Source: Trichosphaerium sp. ATCC 40318
Taxonomy: Eukaryota > Protista > Tubulinea
Length of the DNA stretch: 64,000 nt
Reading direction: 5' to 3'
Assembly (NCBI GenBank): GCA_038496445.1
Contig: JALMLS010000213.1
Coordinates: 186,001-250,000, forward strand
Shown here: one piece after another, positions 37,801 through 49,522 of the stretch
Layout of the letters: each line of letters starts with the position of its first letter
Numbering within the stretch: the stretch's first letter is position 1
Program-made: the position numbers and the translations under genes
The notes under the pieces: model-generated
Databases searched by the model: none
Told to the model about the DNA's origin: nothing
The model's input: only the letters and a program-made list of their open reading frames with translations

Positions 37801-38958
37801 CAAAAAAAAACAGTGTTTTTCGAAGAACGAAAAGAAATGTGATAATAACACAAACTAAAGGGACCACTGGAAAAAATTAGGAACGTTGGAAAAACGCAAC
37901 AATGTTTTGGAGTCGTTCAAAGAAGCTATGGCAAAATATCCATTCAACAAGAACAGAAAGGTAATCACTCTTAAAAACCCAAATGGATGCCTAACACAAC
38001 ATGTAGATGCCCCTGTACCTCGGTGTTCATGGTACATCCGCTGGGGCTGTTGATAGCATTTGTCAGTCTGGATTCGCTTCTCTTGCTACAGTTGATGCAG
38101 GTTGGTATGGACGAGGTAAGGAGCCAGTTTAGTAATAGTTGTTGACTTAATTAATTCTTTGTTTAAGGCATGTACTTTACTGACAATGCTGAATACGCTG
38201 CAAAGTACTCTACTGATGAAGTTAAGATTTTCATTGTTAGTTACATTATACCTGGAAATATGTATCCTGTAATTGAAGAACCTCATGGATCAAACTCATT
38301 AATCGGGATGCCAGGTGAGCTTTGTTTGATTATCATTTTCTCGATTGCTTTCTTGTTTTTTGGTTTGCTCATTGTTTTATTCAAGGAATCTCTGGTTATC
38401 AGTCCCATTGTGTTTTAGTAGGTCGTAAAGGAACTATATATCAAGGTAGAGGATCCAAATTAACAGAGCTAGTTGTATTTCAGGTATGAAACGAAAAACA
38501 CGTGGTATACCATAGGCTCCTCAAAAGTTCCTTGTGTTGTACTGAGTTATTGCTAGGAAGCTCAAATTGTACCGAAATACCTTGTATACGCAAGAAAAGC
38601 GAAAAAGAGCAAGAGTAAACCTAAGGACAAATCGAAGAAAGAGGCTAGAAAGAGCAAAACAGATGCCAAGAAAACAATTGAAGAAAAAAGTTCTACACAA
38701 GAAAGTGATAGTGATGACTTTAGTGATGACGGTGATATGCTAGAACAAAGAAAAATGTGGGAAGAACCTTCAGTACACGCAGCAAGCCAAAAATCAAGCG
38801 GGGATTCGCCAGATGGGACACCTGACAAAGACGAAGAGGAAGCAAGTGAGGAAGATACACTAAGCTCAGACTCATTGAGTGATGACGATGATATGCTTAC
38901 ACAAAGACAAATGTGGGCAACGCCTTCTGTACACTCAGTACACCCAACAGGCAAGTGA
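34814..38958 (+). CDS. SPRY + RCC1-repeat + PARP-like ADP-ribosyltransferase multidomain protein (start approximate)
   Basis: SPRY: 'WYSKDG..GTTVGMG..VFVTLDGAFLG..FYPVIG..VNF.PPFVY'; RCC1: 'IAAGDSSCFALT..GKVYSWG'; ART: 'HGTS..ICQSGF..DAGWYGRGMYFT..Y..GYQSH..TELVVFQEAQIVPKYLV'. Confidence 0.8.
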
Positions 38959-39239
38959 GTTCATAGTATGCCGCTACACAAGAATCCAACAATGATCTCA
39001 ACCTCCAACTTTTGAAGAACGAAGAAAAAAATGACGTTGTTTCGTCCTTTACAATAAAACTACGTATCATTGTTTTTAAAGGTTCATGCTTTGCACTATA
39101 GATTCTTTTATTTTTGGAATCTTTTTAGTTTTACGAAGGGAGTTCTCTGTAGACGGCTGTTAAAAAAATATCGAGAACCAACCTATTTCTTTCCTTTTTT
39201 TTCTTGGAATTTTTTTCTTCATTAAATACACGTGTATCT

Positions 39240-42200
39240 CTATGATTTAATATCGCTGTATAATGCTGTTAGACCAGGTGATGACTTTCTAGCCTTGCGT
39301 AGTTTTTTAAGATCAAATTTACCAATAAGAGCCTACACCAGATATCAGTCAACGTTGCTTTACTTATTTGTGTTCAAAAAAAAAAATGGCGAAACGTACT
39401 TGTTTTGTTTCATCGCTTGAAAACTTTAACAAACTGCAGAATACGAAAGCTGCTGAGGTATTTTCAATAGCTACAGATGTAGCATCTTTATCACCAATAC
39501 GTTCAAGTAGCATATCGGCAAAAGAAGGCTCTAAAGAGACAAGTCAGAGAAGAGTTAAGAACACAAAAAAAAAACTTGAAGCGGCTATTTTTCTGAAGCC
39601 TCTAGTGACTCTTATTAAACATACCTTGTTCCAGTATTTGTCTCAATGCTCTATGTGCAATAGGATGTGAAATAAGATCCTCACGCTTTAAATTCTTTGG
39701 TTGAGAGCTGAAAGGATTCTTCATCTTTCTTCTCTTTTTTTTTGCTGGTTCTTCACCTTCTTCGGATTTCTTTGAAGGAGCAACGATTTCATCTTCAGAT
39801 AATTCGTCATCAGATACATAGAGCACTTGTGTAGGTAATACGAGATTAGCCAGAGCTTGAAGAAATTCTTCTTTGCCATCCTCCACGTGCTTGAGAAGTT
39901 CGACAACAACATCTTTTCCGCTGTTTGAAGTGATGTATTTGTATGGATGACGGACGACTGATGCCCATAGAGGTGGTACTAATTTTACTCTAATCTCCTT
40001 TTTACGTTGTTCTGGATCTTTTCTACTTGTTGGTACTTGTTCACCTGATTTTTGATCGGTGACAGTGACAACAGAAATCATGTCTTGTTTTTCGAGAGGA
40101 ATATATTGTTTAGGGTCTTCTGCGAGAACGCATAGGAAAGGTAGACATCCATAACGACCTGTTTCTGGGTGTGTTATGAGTTGTCTTGGTGTTTGTGCGA
40201 TTTCCTGGAGAAAAAATAGTAAGTAAAACGAACTGTTAAACAGAAAACCAGTTGATCACAAAAGGGAAAAAAAAATACAAAACCTTCCTTAATTTCTTTA
40301 AAAACTAAAGCAGATTACGCTAACTATGCTATTCATATGTTTTGGATATTGGTAAATACCCTGATACATTACTTGTAATTGGAAAAGTTACTCCAGAGCG
40401 AGAAAGGAGAATGTTTTACTTTTTTTTGATTTTTCTTTTGATAAGATAAGTCGCGTTGTTTAAGTACCTTTGTGAGGACACTGTTAAGTAGTTTTGTATC
40501 ATCGACCAATGACAATAGCATAGAGATTGCCATAGTAGCATAAGGGGATTGACAGGATAGCTTAATAAACAGTTAAGTGACGAAAATTGCAAAACGAGAT
40601 TTTGTACCTTTACATACTGTCTGAAAGATTTTACAACAGTTTTTCTGCATTTTGGATTACCATACGCTACAATATTACGGAAAATCTGCATTCCTGATGC
40701 GTTATCAATAAACCTGTTTGCAGATTCTTGTATTATTGTAATAACTTCACGTCTCTTAGCTTCAGTGCAGACACTACAAGCAATCAACAAAAAAAAACTT
40801 GCAGCAGCAAAACTTCAAGTCGCCAAAACAAAATAAAGACTTTGTCTTCGGGATTTTTGTTTGAGCTCTAGTGACGATTTGGTGGCTTCGTATAACGTAC
40901 CTGAACATCCATATTATTGGTTTATGGACTACAGTATTTGATAGCAACTGAGGACCCTTGTTAATAAGTGCAACAAGAAGTCTTTCGATCTGTCTGTAAA
41001 AAAAAAGTTAGTACTTAGAAAACAAGTTTTTGGTTTCTTCCACTTGGGCTTTCAAACGTACAATATTGCTGATTTTGTTTTTTCAGGGAATTGTTTGAGG
41101 TACTCTTCAATTCCACCAGCCTGTTCAAAGCGGTCATCCTTGAATACAGCGAATTCTTGAGCATATAACTCAGACTGCATTGCAACTTTTTCTTGAGCAT
41201 TTGCGACTCTGTTGAAAGCGAATTCTAGAGCACGCGCTCCTTCCTTTACAAAAAAAAAAAGTCAGAACTCTCTGTTCTAATTTAAAAGAAAGACATCGAA
41301 ACTTTTGTGACGGAGGTTTTTTCAAACTTTTTTGAGGTTGAAATGTTCGTTTCAGAGTTCTCTTTAACTTGGATGTCAAGCGTACCTTATGAGTAGCAAG
41401 ACTGCGAACGTTTCCGTAGTATTGTTTTAATAAGGCATGTTTTTGGTCTCTTTCACCATGCAAGAACATCTTTAAAACTAAACAAGTACTTGTTAGTTTT
41501 GTTGATAATAAAAAAATTAAAGTGTTTGCAAGTTTATTGTATTAAAAAATCACGTGTATACTTACCAACCCAAACAGCATATCTATCCTTTGATAGTTCA
41601 AGTATAGCTGGCTTAAGTTCATTATAAATGCGTCGTCTATGTGGTATTATAAGTAAGTAAAAAATAAAACGAAAATAAAATAAAACGAAAATAAAAACTT
41701 GAACAAAAAAACAGCGTTAAATGGCCTGACAATGCATGAAGAAACTAATAACCTAATGGTGGTGTTTGTAAAAGAGTTTGCTTGCTTGTTATTCAATACA
41801 CTCAGCGGCGTTTAAGGCTAATTTCAGTGAAGTTCAGCAAAAGGTTGTTGTAGTTCTGGATGTTCTTTTTACTGCTTTTTTTCTTTTTTGCAAACGTACC
41901 GTTGTGGAACATTACCATATTTTAATACAGTTTGTACAATACGAGAAGCGTCTCTACGATGTGACAACTAAATGGTAAATTAGACAAAAGAACAGTACAA
42001 AGACAACGAGAGAGGATGAACCATCGAGAAATGGCACCACGAGTGACAGTTTGACAAAAGCCTCGATTTTCTGGTTGGGCTTTTCTGCCAAAATGTTGTT
42101 TAAACGCGTTTTTACGCGTTGAAGTGTTTGTTTATGCATATCTTACCGCTACGCATCTTCCTTGCATTAGTTTTATCAATTTTTCAACTTGTTGGTGTTT

Positions 42201-42441
42201 TTCACTTGGAGAGAGCTTGTTTTTAGACCTGCGATTAGTTATCCGCACAGTTTCCCAAATTTTCTTCATTTGAACAACAGCTTCGTCGTTTTCTCGGCGC
42301 TTAGGCTCGCGTCCATAGTGTACTATGTAAGTGTAAGAAAACATGAGAAATCAAATTATTTTTGAAACCTCTTTTGCGCTTTAAGTTGTTATTTGACTCA
42401 TTATAACCGTCCTGGTTTCCTTCGTGACCGTAATCTCCCAT
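39240..42441 (-). CDS. PUM3: Pumilio-repeat nucleolar protein, PUM3/PUF6 (Puf-A) type
   Basis: 'MKKIWETVR', 'HRRDASRIVQTVLKYG', 'YNELKPAILELSKDRYA..VVLKMFLHG', CPL-like region 'YGCLPFLCVL'. Confidence 0.82.
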
Positions 42442-42534
42442 GTTTCGCGTTGTTAAAAGAAATCTAGGCTGAAATGCCTTAACGCGTCTAGTGGTTAAGT
42501 TCAAACATGACATAGCATGTAATTTTGGGATTGA

Positions 42535-44505
42535 ATGGAACTGCATAGTGAAGCCCAATACACGCCGCGGCCTCCACTACAACAATTGGATATTATAGTG
42601 CTAATTTTTGAATGTTTAACATCAAATGATATACTGAGGTGCCGGGAAGTATGTAAATTATGGGCACACGCCTCTACAGTTCAATCAATATGGAAAAACG
42701 TTTATTACAGAAGATATAAATCGCATTACCCAGTACACGCGGTACAATACCCACTTAAACCTTTAAAAGCATTGTACTATCCGATCTAACCAAACTATAA
42801 ACAGAAACTTGACTGGCATCAGAAATGTAAAACTGCGCACGCTATTAAACACTCTAAGAACGTTCTACGCATACAAAAATATGATATAGACGCAGTTGGG
42901 CGTTGCGGCCACTCTGCGTGTCATGTTACAGGTGGTGACCTAGATTATGATCTCGTAGTAGTCTTTGGCGGAAGAGAACCAACTAATTTCTTGTTTCTGT
43001 CCTCTGTGGCCTTCGTTAAGATATATAGAGGCGAGAACGGTGAGGTTTTTACTGCACCCTTTCAAAAAAAGCTATTTTCAAAACAATCTACCAAATTGTT
43101 TTATTTTCCATCAAAACAGCTAAATTTCGCATAGCGGGTAGTGCGGAATGGGAGGAGATTGATGATAACGAGGTTTGGTTAAGGCTCGATAAAAATCAGA
43201 ATTAATAGCTTCTAGAGCTCAGTATGGCCTTCGGCTAGATTCGGACACAACTCATTTCAGTATGGAGACAATCTATGGATGTACGGAGGAGGAGCAATAG
43301 CTGAGGTTCGCAAAACAAAAAAAAAGGAATTTCCGGCGCCGCTTTTTTTGGTAAAAGTTTTATTTTCTAAACAACTCAAAACTAGGGGTCTGCAGTGGCA
43401 CCTACTTTTCATATACTTAATCCTAAGACTAAAGAATGGTCAGTTAAAGAATTAGATGGTACGTTAATTACGAAGTTTATCTTTGAGAGAGCACGTGGAA
43501 GACACGATATTTTTTGAGTTTTTTTTTGTTTTTGCGTGGGTGTACTCTTAGTCGTTTGTGCTTATTGTTTTAGGTCCACCAATGGCTGGAAGAGAAGGTG
43601 CCAGTGCTATTAGAGTAAGCGAACATGAAATGCTGTTTTTTGCTGGTAGGCAAGCAGAGTGCAAGCCAGTTAAGAAAACACATTATTATAATGATTTACA
43701 CTTGTTTAATATGAAAACTGGAACGTGGAAGCGTATAGGTATGAATTGTTATGAAAAGCTACACAATCCCTTCTTTACACACATAGTACTAACCTAATTT
43801 TTTTTCTTCTCTAGAGGCTAGTGGAGATAAACCTTGTCCAAGATTTTTCCATGCATGCGAAAAAAAAGATAATAAAATGGTTGTTTTTGGTGGTTGGTTT
43901 ATTGTTCGTCAAGAAGTTTCACAGTTTTATGATGATTTGTATATACTTGATTTAAATACATGGGTTTGGACAAAGATCGATGTTATACAAGGTCCCCAAG
44001 CAAGGTAAGTCCTTCATTAATTTTTTCTTTCAGCGATTGAACTTTTTTGTTGGCTCAGAGTTTGCTGTTATTCGTCTCTGACGTACTACTTAGGTGTCAA
44101 AGTGGCACTTTTCTACATGGTGATTATATGGGGTTATTTGGAGGATGTAGTCACGCTACTGATTTGGCTACTTATGGTGAAGAATACGTAGTAGAGTTCA
44201 AAGATATGTGGTTTTTAGACTTAGATACATTCGTTTGGTTTGAAGCTAAAGAAGCAGACTTTGGGCCTCTTGGAAGAGGTATTATGACTTCTACAAATAT
44301 ACAAGACGATGTAATATGTGTTATTGGAGGCATGAGTTCAGTTAACGGTACGTTGAAGACAACCAACATTGAGATTTTTCAAAAAAGAAGAAACAGAAAA
44401 TACTAATTTTTTTCTTTTCATAAAGGCGAACCAATAACATACTACAGTGATGTACAAATATGGCATATATCTCTTAATAACGAACCAACAGATGAGTTAG
44501 AATAA
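42535..44505 (+). CDS. F-box + Kelch-repeat protein
   Basis: F-box 'LDIIVLIFECLTSNDILRCREVCKLW'; Kelch blades 'RCGHSA..VFGG', 'RFGH..WMYGG', 'YNDLHLFN..W', 'RFFHA..VVFGG'. Confidence 0.88.
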
Positions 44506-44654
44506 ACTAAGACTTAAATGGGCAAAAAAAATAAAACCAAAGGCCTTGAGTTGAAAAAAAAAAAGAACCGTGATTTTTTTTACATTTTAATTCTATTTTT
44601 TCTTATTTTGTCGAAATCAAACACGTGTACTAAAAGTAAGATTTATTCAAGTAC

Positions 44655-47218
44655 TTATACAGCAAAGAATACAATTAAGCACACAAACATAATAAAGTTA
44701 AACGTGGACTGAATAGTTCCAGATCGTAGAGCAGTGGCTGGAGTAGCAGTTGGGCTTTCAGTGCTGCCAAAAGCACCGGTAGGGCCTTCTGGAGGAGCTA
44801 CTGTTGTTGGTGCTACAGGAACTACTGGAGGTGCTGTTGTTGGCGGAGGTGTTACAATTGATATTGGAAATGTTGGGGAACTTGGAGCTAGTGTTGGTGC
44901 ACTTGTTGTTGGTACCATCGTTGGCATAGCAGTAGTTGGTGCAGCTGTTGTTGGTGCGCCTGTTGGCATAACCGTAGTTGGTGCAGCTGTTGTTGGTGAT
45001 GCTGTCGTTGGTGGCATTGTGGTTGGTGCATCTGTCGTTGGTGGCATTGTATATGGTGCATCTGTCGTTGGTGGAATTGTGGTTGGTGCATCTGTTGTTG
45101 GTGGCATTGTATATGGTGCATCTGTCGTTGGTGGCATTGTTGTTGGTGGAATTGTTGTTGGTGCATCTGTCGTTGGTGGCATTGTTGTTGGTGGCATTGT
45201 TGTTGGTGCATCTGTCGTTGGTGGCAGAGGACAAGCAATAAAGCCAAAAACCTCAGTTGCAACAAGAACTGCAACGGAGGAATTACTTTGGAAATTACCA
45301 TGTACTGCTAGCTAATTGACTGTAAGTAAAGATGTTACCATTGCTCTTATAGGCGGATAAACACGTACTGCTAGTGCACCACATGATGGAGAAATGTCGC
45401 TTGTGTCTATCCAAGCGATAGTTGGTGAATCGGTGTTAACAAAGTCAGTAGAAGGGAGTGTAGCCTGTGTGACTCCGTTTGAATCAGATAGTGCTGCAAC
45501 AACGATGTCGTCGTTTAGATTCCATGATAGAGCAAATGCGTTTGTTTGAGAAGGTGTAGCTGTAATATCTGCAAAAAAATTCGTTGTTTCATTAAATTCA
45601 TTAGTTCCGATGATGTTTGATGTTGTAAAGGTTTGACAAGAATACTCAAACATTACTGTTTCTACAGCTATTGTGCCTGCTGTTGAGTTGTTGATTGTGT
45701 ATGCAACTCCGAATTGCTTTGTTTTGTTGTTGTACGCAATGGAAGAGGATGAAACAACCAGACCAATTGTGACGTTCGCAATTGGGTGTTCGACTAAAAC
45801 CTAGAAGTTGTTAGTAATTATTTAAAACGTGGTTTGTTTTTTTTTTTTTCGTACTGTTTCATTCTGTCTTGTAGCTGTTATTAGAACTTGTCTTGAATTA
45901 CTGAGCGAACTGAATACAGTCACATGACACTCATCTTCTCCAATAGCCATGTCAGCTGAAAAAAATGGATTTGTGCTCACTAGGAATAAGATGAGTAAAA
46001 TATTGAGAAAAATAGCAAAAAAAAAAAAAAAAAGAAAAGACAAAAAAAAACCAGTACCGAGGGCCACTTCGTAAGTCGCTTCTCTTGATGAGTTTACAGA
46101 TAAAACATTTACTTGTGGAATACCGGGGACGCCCCTTTTTAATGTAGGAAGCCCGATGGTTCCAGCATTTTGATAATTAACTATGTAGTTATTCGTAGCT
46201 AACAAATGGTTAGAGAAGGCAATCCAATTAATACAAAAAAAAAACCACAACCAACAGTTTTATTGGACTAAATGCCTACCTGGATCATAACCGAAACCAA
46301 AACCCAAAGCAGAAACGGAGGGATTAAATTGTAGTGGGTCAGATAATACAAAATCCTACAAGGAGAGAAACTAATTAGTCTTCGAAGAAGAGTAAACAAC
46401 AACGGAGAAATAGAAAAAAAAAACCAAATCTAGGGAGAATTTTTCACTTACGTTTGAACCATTTACATTAACAAAGCGCATTTCACAAGCACCAAGGCCG
46501 ATTGGTATACCTCTTTTATAATACATTCCACCGACCGCACAATAGATTATAGCGAACTCATTATCGCCATAAACTACACCAAAAGGTTCTGCAGTTTCAT
46601 TGGAGTCCGTAGAAAACCTGAAGACGGCAGCAGTGCCAGTTGCAATACCTGAAAAACAGAAAAAAATTAAAAAAAAACTCCACAATAAAAAAAAAACGGG
46701 CAAAAAAAAAGAGCTACAAAAAAACTGCAAATACCAAACTATGTATTGTCTACTCCAAAACAAGCCTTTGAAGTGTTGTTTTCTGGAGTTAAAGTTTTAT
46801 GTGTTCGATTTTCTGTTTTTGGAGCAAAAAAAATTCGTTTTACGTACTTTGTTGTGTACCAACTACAACAGATGCTCCAGTGGTAGTTGCTATTGGATTC
46901 AATCCTCGCTTGCTTGGATCACCTTCTATCGTAGAAACGATACACACAGTAGGTCCATGCCCTGTAATATCGCCTGAGGCGATAAAAGGATAAAAAAGAC
47001 CTTCGTCAACAGAATTATCAAGCGTAGTTTCAACGTCATCAATACTGCGCAAGTCTATCCACTCGTTGAAACCAGTTGCATGACCTAAATTTTGTGTTAG
47101 GGTACAAAAATAGTTTATTACGAAGAAATAAGCTAATAACGCTTGTTGTTCTATTCGTACCGATGATGGCAAATGATAGTAGTAATGTAAAAATAGTGTT
47201 TGCAGAAAATGTTGCCAT
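44655..47218 (-). CDS. Secreted/cell-surface protein with Pro/Thr mucin-like stalk and C-terminal hydrophobic (GPI-like/TM) tail
   Basis: Signal peptide MATFSANTIFTLLLSFAIIG; multi-exon globular region; PPTTDAP repeats; ends 'FIMFVCLIVFFAV*'. Confidence 0.8.
44895..45228 (-). repeat. 15/30-nt coding tandem repeat (PPTTM/PPTTDA)
   Basis: Repeated 'tgcatctgtcgttggtggcattgt' units on the + strand. Confidence 0.9.
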
Positions 47219-47968
47219 TGTTGTCTGTAATTCCCTTTTTTGTATGGTCATGTTAAGTTAGTTTTTATTTTTGACAAGTCACGACAATAAAAACAAACAA
47301 AAAACGATATTTGACGAATGCTAAAAAAAAAACAAATCTGGGGATAGTGACCCGACGTACTGCAATACTGTTTGTGTGTAAACTTGCACCGATAATTTTT
47401 TTTTCTACTACTAGCCACAAACGAAAGCCGGATACGCTGGATGATGCCGGTCAAAGGCACATCTTCAAAGCCGGATATTCAGCCGGCATTGTAGTGAAAC
47501 CAATAATGCGCTTTATTGGTTTTTTTCATGTTTGTTAGTATAACTTACCACCTATCCATGAGAAGCGTATGTACCAGTGCAAGCTATTTCCAATCAGAAC
47601 TACCACCTCAATAAGTGGTGCTAGCACTCTTTTCGTCTAGGTGGTAAGTCCGTGCGACAATCCCTCACCCATGCCAAAAGACTTTAAAAGTGATACAATT
47701 AGTGTCACGATTAGCAGTCTCATTCACATAATTCACATAATGTGACATTTACTGTTACTTTAAAAACAGTGACATGAAACAATTTGAACTTTGCTACAGG
47801 CTATTTTCCCAGCACTCTACTTCTCTCCTACTCTTCGTTTTATACTACTCTAAGCACAGACAGCCCTTACAAGAATAAAATAGCCATTGACTGCAGTACA
47901 TAAACTTGAAGTATCGTTTTGTTTACTTGAGTTTTTTTCATTTCTAAGGTAAAGTCAGTCTCTTGTGT

Positions 47969-49056
47969 TCACTTGGGTTCACCATTAACAAACCAGCAAT
48001 GCTTGTAGAGCTCCCCGTTCATTTTCCAATGCTTATACTCGCCATTTTTTACCCCAGCAACATATACACACTGTACCCAAAGTTGTCCATTTCTATACCA
48101 CTTTTTAAACACGCCATCATCTTTGTTATCAACATACATGCACTCTATTTTGAGTTGTCCATTATCATACCACTCTTTATACACGCCCATCTTTTTATGA
48201 TCCTTAAGATCAACCTGTACCTTGAGTTGCCCATTCATATGCCACTCCTTACCTGTACCATTCACCTTACCATGGATAAAAGTACAATGTTCTTTGAGTT
48301 GTCCGTTTTCATACCACTCTTTCAACTCACCATCACGTTCACCATTGACTTTTGTGTACTGTGATGAGAGTTTGCCATTTTCATGCCATACTTTATAAAC
48401 AGCAGTTTTATTGCTGTCTGTGTGAACAACCTGTACTTTGAGTTGACCATTCATATACCACTCGTTACAAGTGCCACTTAGCTTACCACGTATATAGTAA
48501 CAATGTATTTTTAGTTGACCGTTTTCGTACCACTCTTTCAACTCTCCTTCACGTTCACCATTTACTTTTGTGTACTGCATTGCAACTTGACCGTTTTCAT
48601 GCCATTCTAGGCATCTGCCATCTTTCTCATCATCAACTGTCATACATTGCATCATAGGTTGTCCGTTTTCATACCACCCTTTGTATTCTCCATTTTTTTT
48701 GCCATTGATACAGTTGAACTGTATTTTACATTGTCCGTTTTCATACCACTTCTTGCAAGTACCATTCTTCAGTCCATTAACCATAACAGATTGTGATAGG
48801 ATTTTGCCACTTTCGTACCATTCCATCCATATACCAGTTTTTTGAAGCTTGTGATTGTAATGTGTGTTGGTTGCTGCCAGTTTTGAGAGTGAATGAAACT
48901 TACAAAACGTTTCTTCATTGAAAGTACATAAATAACGTTGAATATCCTTTGGTATATCTAATATGTTACTACAATTACTACCACTAGCGTTGCAATATGG
49001 CCCAGGCTTTGATGGCGGTGGATCTATACCAATTCGTTAGCCATCTTTCTACTCAT
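47969..49056 (-). CDS. F-box-like + MORN-variant repeat protein, paralog of 16304-17773
   Basis: Frame is open upstream of 48826 to ~49023 and encodes 'NILDIPKDIQRYLCTFNEETFCKFHSLSKLAATNTHY'; start probably on a tiny upstream exon (ATG at 49056). Confidence 0.85.
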
Positions 49057-49522
49057 TGATTTTTGTTTATTTGCACTTGTAAATTAATAAAACTAACCGT
49101 CCGTAGTGTTGTAACTACACGCGCTATAGTTTTAGATTGGCTCACTGTACAAACAAAAATACTGCGATTTAGCGTGCCTTTAGACATTATAAAGAGAGTA
49201 TGATTCCAGTGTATGCGAAATCACGTGATAAGAATATTGTCTCAGATATTTACTACTAATATCAGTAATGGACAAAGTGTATGCGAAGCGATTGTTAATG
49301 ATAGTGTTCACGCGTTTTATACCTTACATTTGAACAGTCCTAAAAGTAGGCTTAAGCCACTGTCACTTGTCCGTCCCCTCGAAGTTGTTTGAAACAGGTT
49401 TACAAGACAACTATCATGTGCAAGCGAAAGAGATATCTAGAATATATAGATATTTGAAACTAAAAAGTAGATATCTAGACATCTTGATAAATCACAACAT
49501 CTCTAAAGAACCAAAACATAAA

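Noticed and set aside
33208-38958. RCC1 gene and SPRY-RCC1-ART gene as a single gene
   Set aside because: The first gene ends in a complete final repeat with TAA overlapping AATAAA; treated as separate pending RNA data
44895-45228. Regularly spaced repeats as a possible CRISPR array
   Set aside because: No unique spacers; in-frame coding repeat in a eukaryotic gene
44758-45301. Asn-rich and Gln/His-rich alternative-frame ORFs
   Set aside because: Frame-shifted readings of the same tandem repeat; only the PPTT frame connects to the signal peptide and hydrophobic tail
48942-48950. ATATCCTTT on the + strand, resembling an AT-AC U12 donor
   Set aside because: Lies antisense within the MORN paralog CDS (PKDI); no + strand gene or matching branch site
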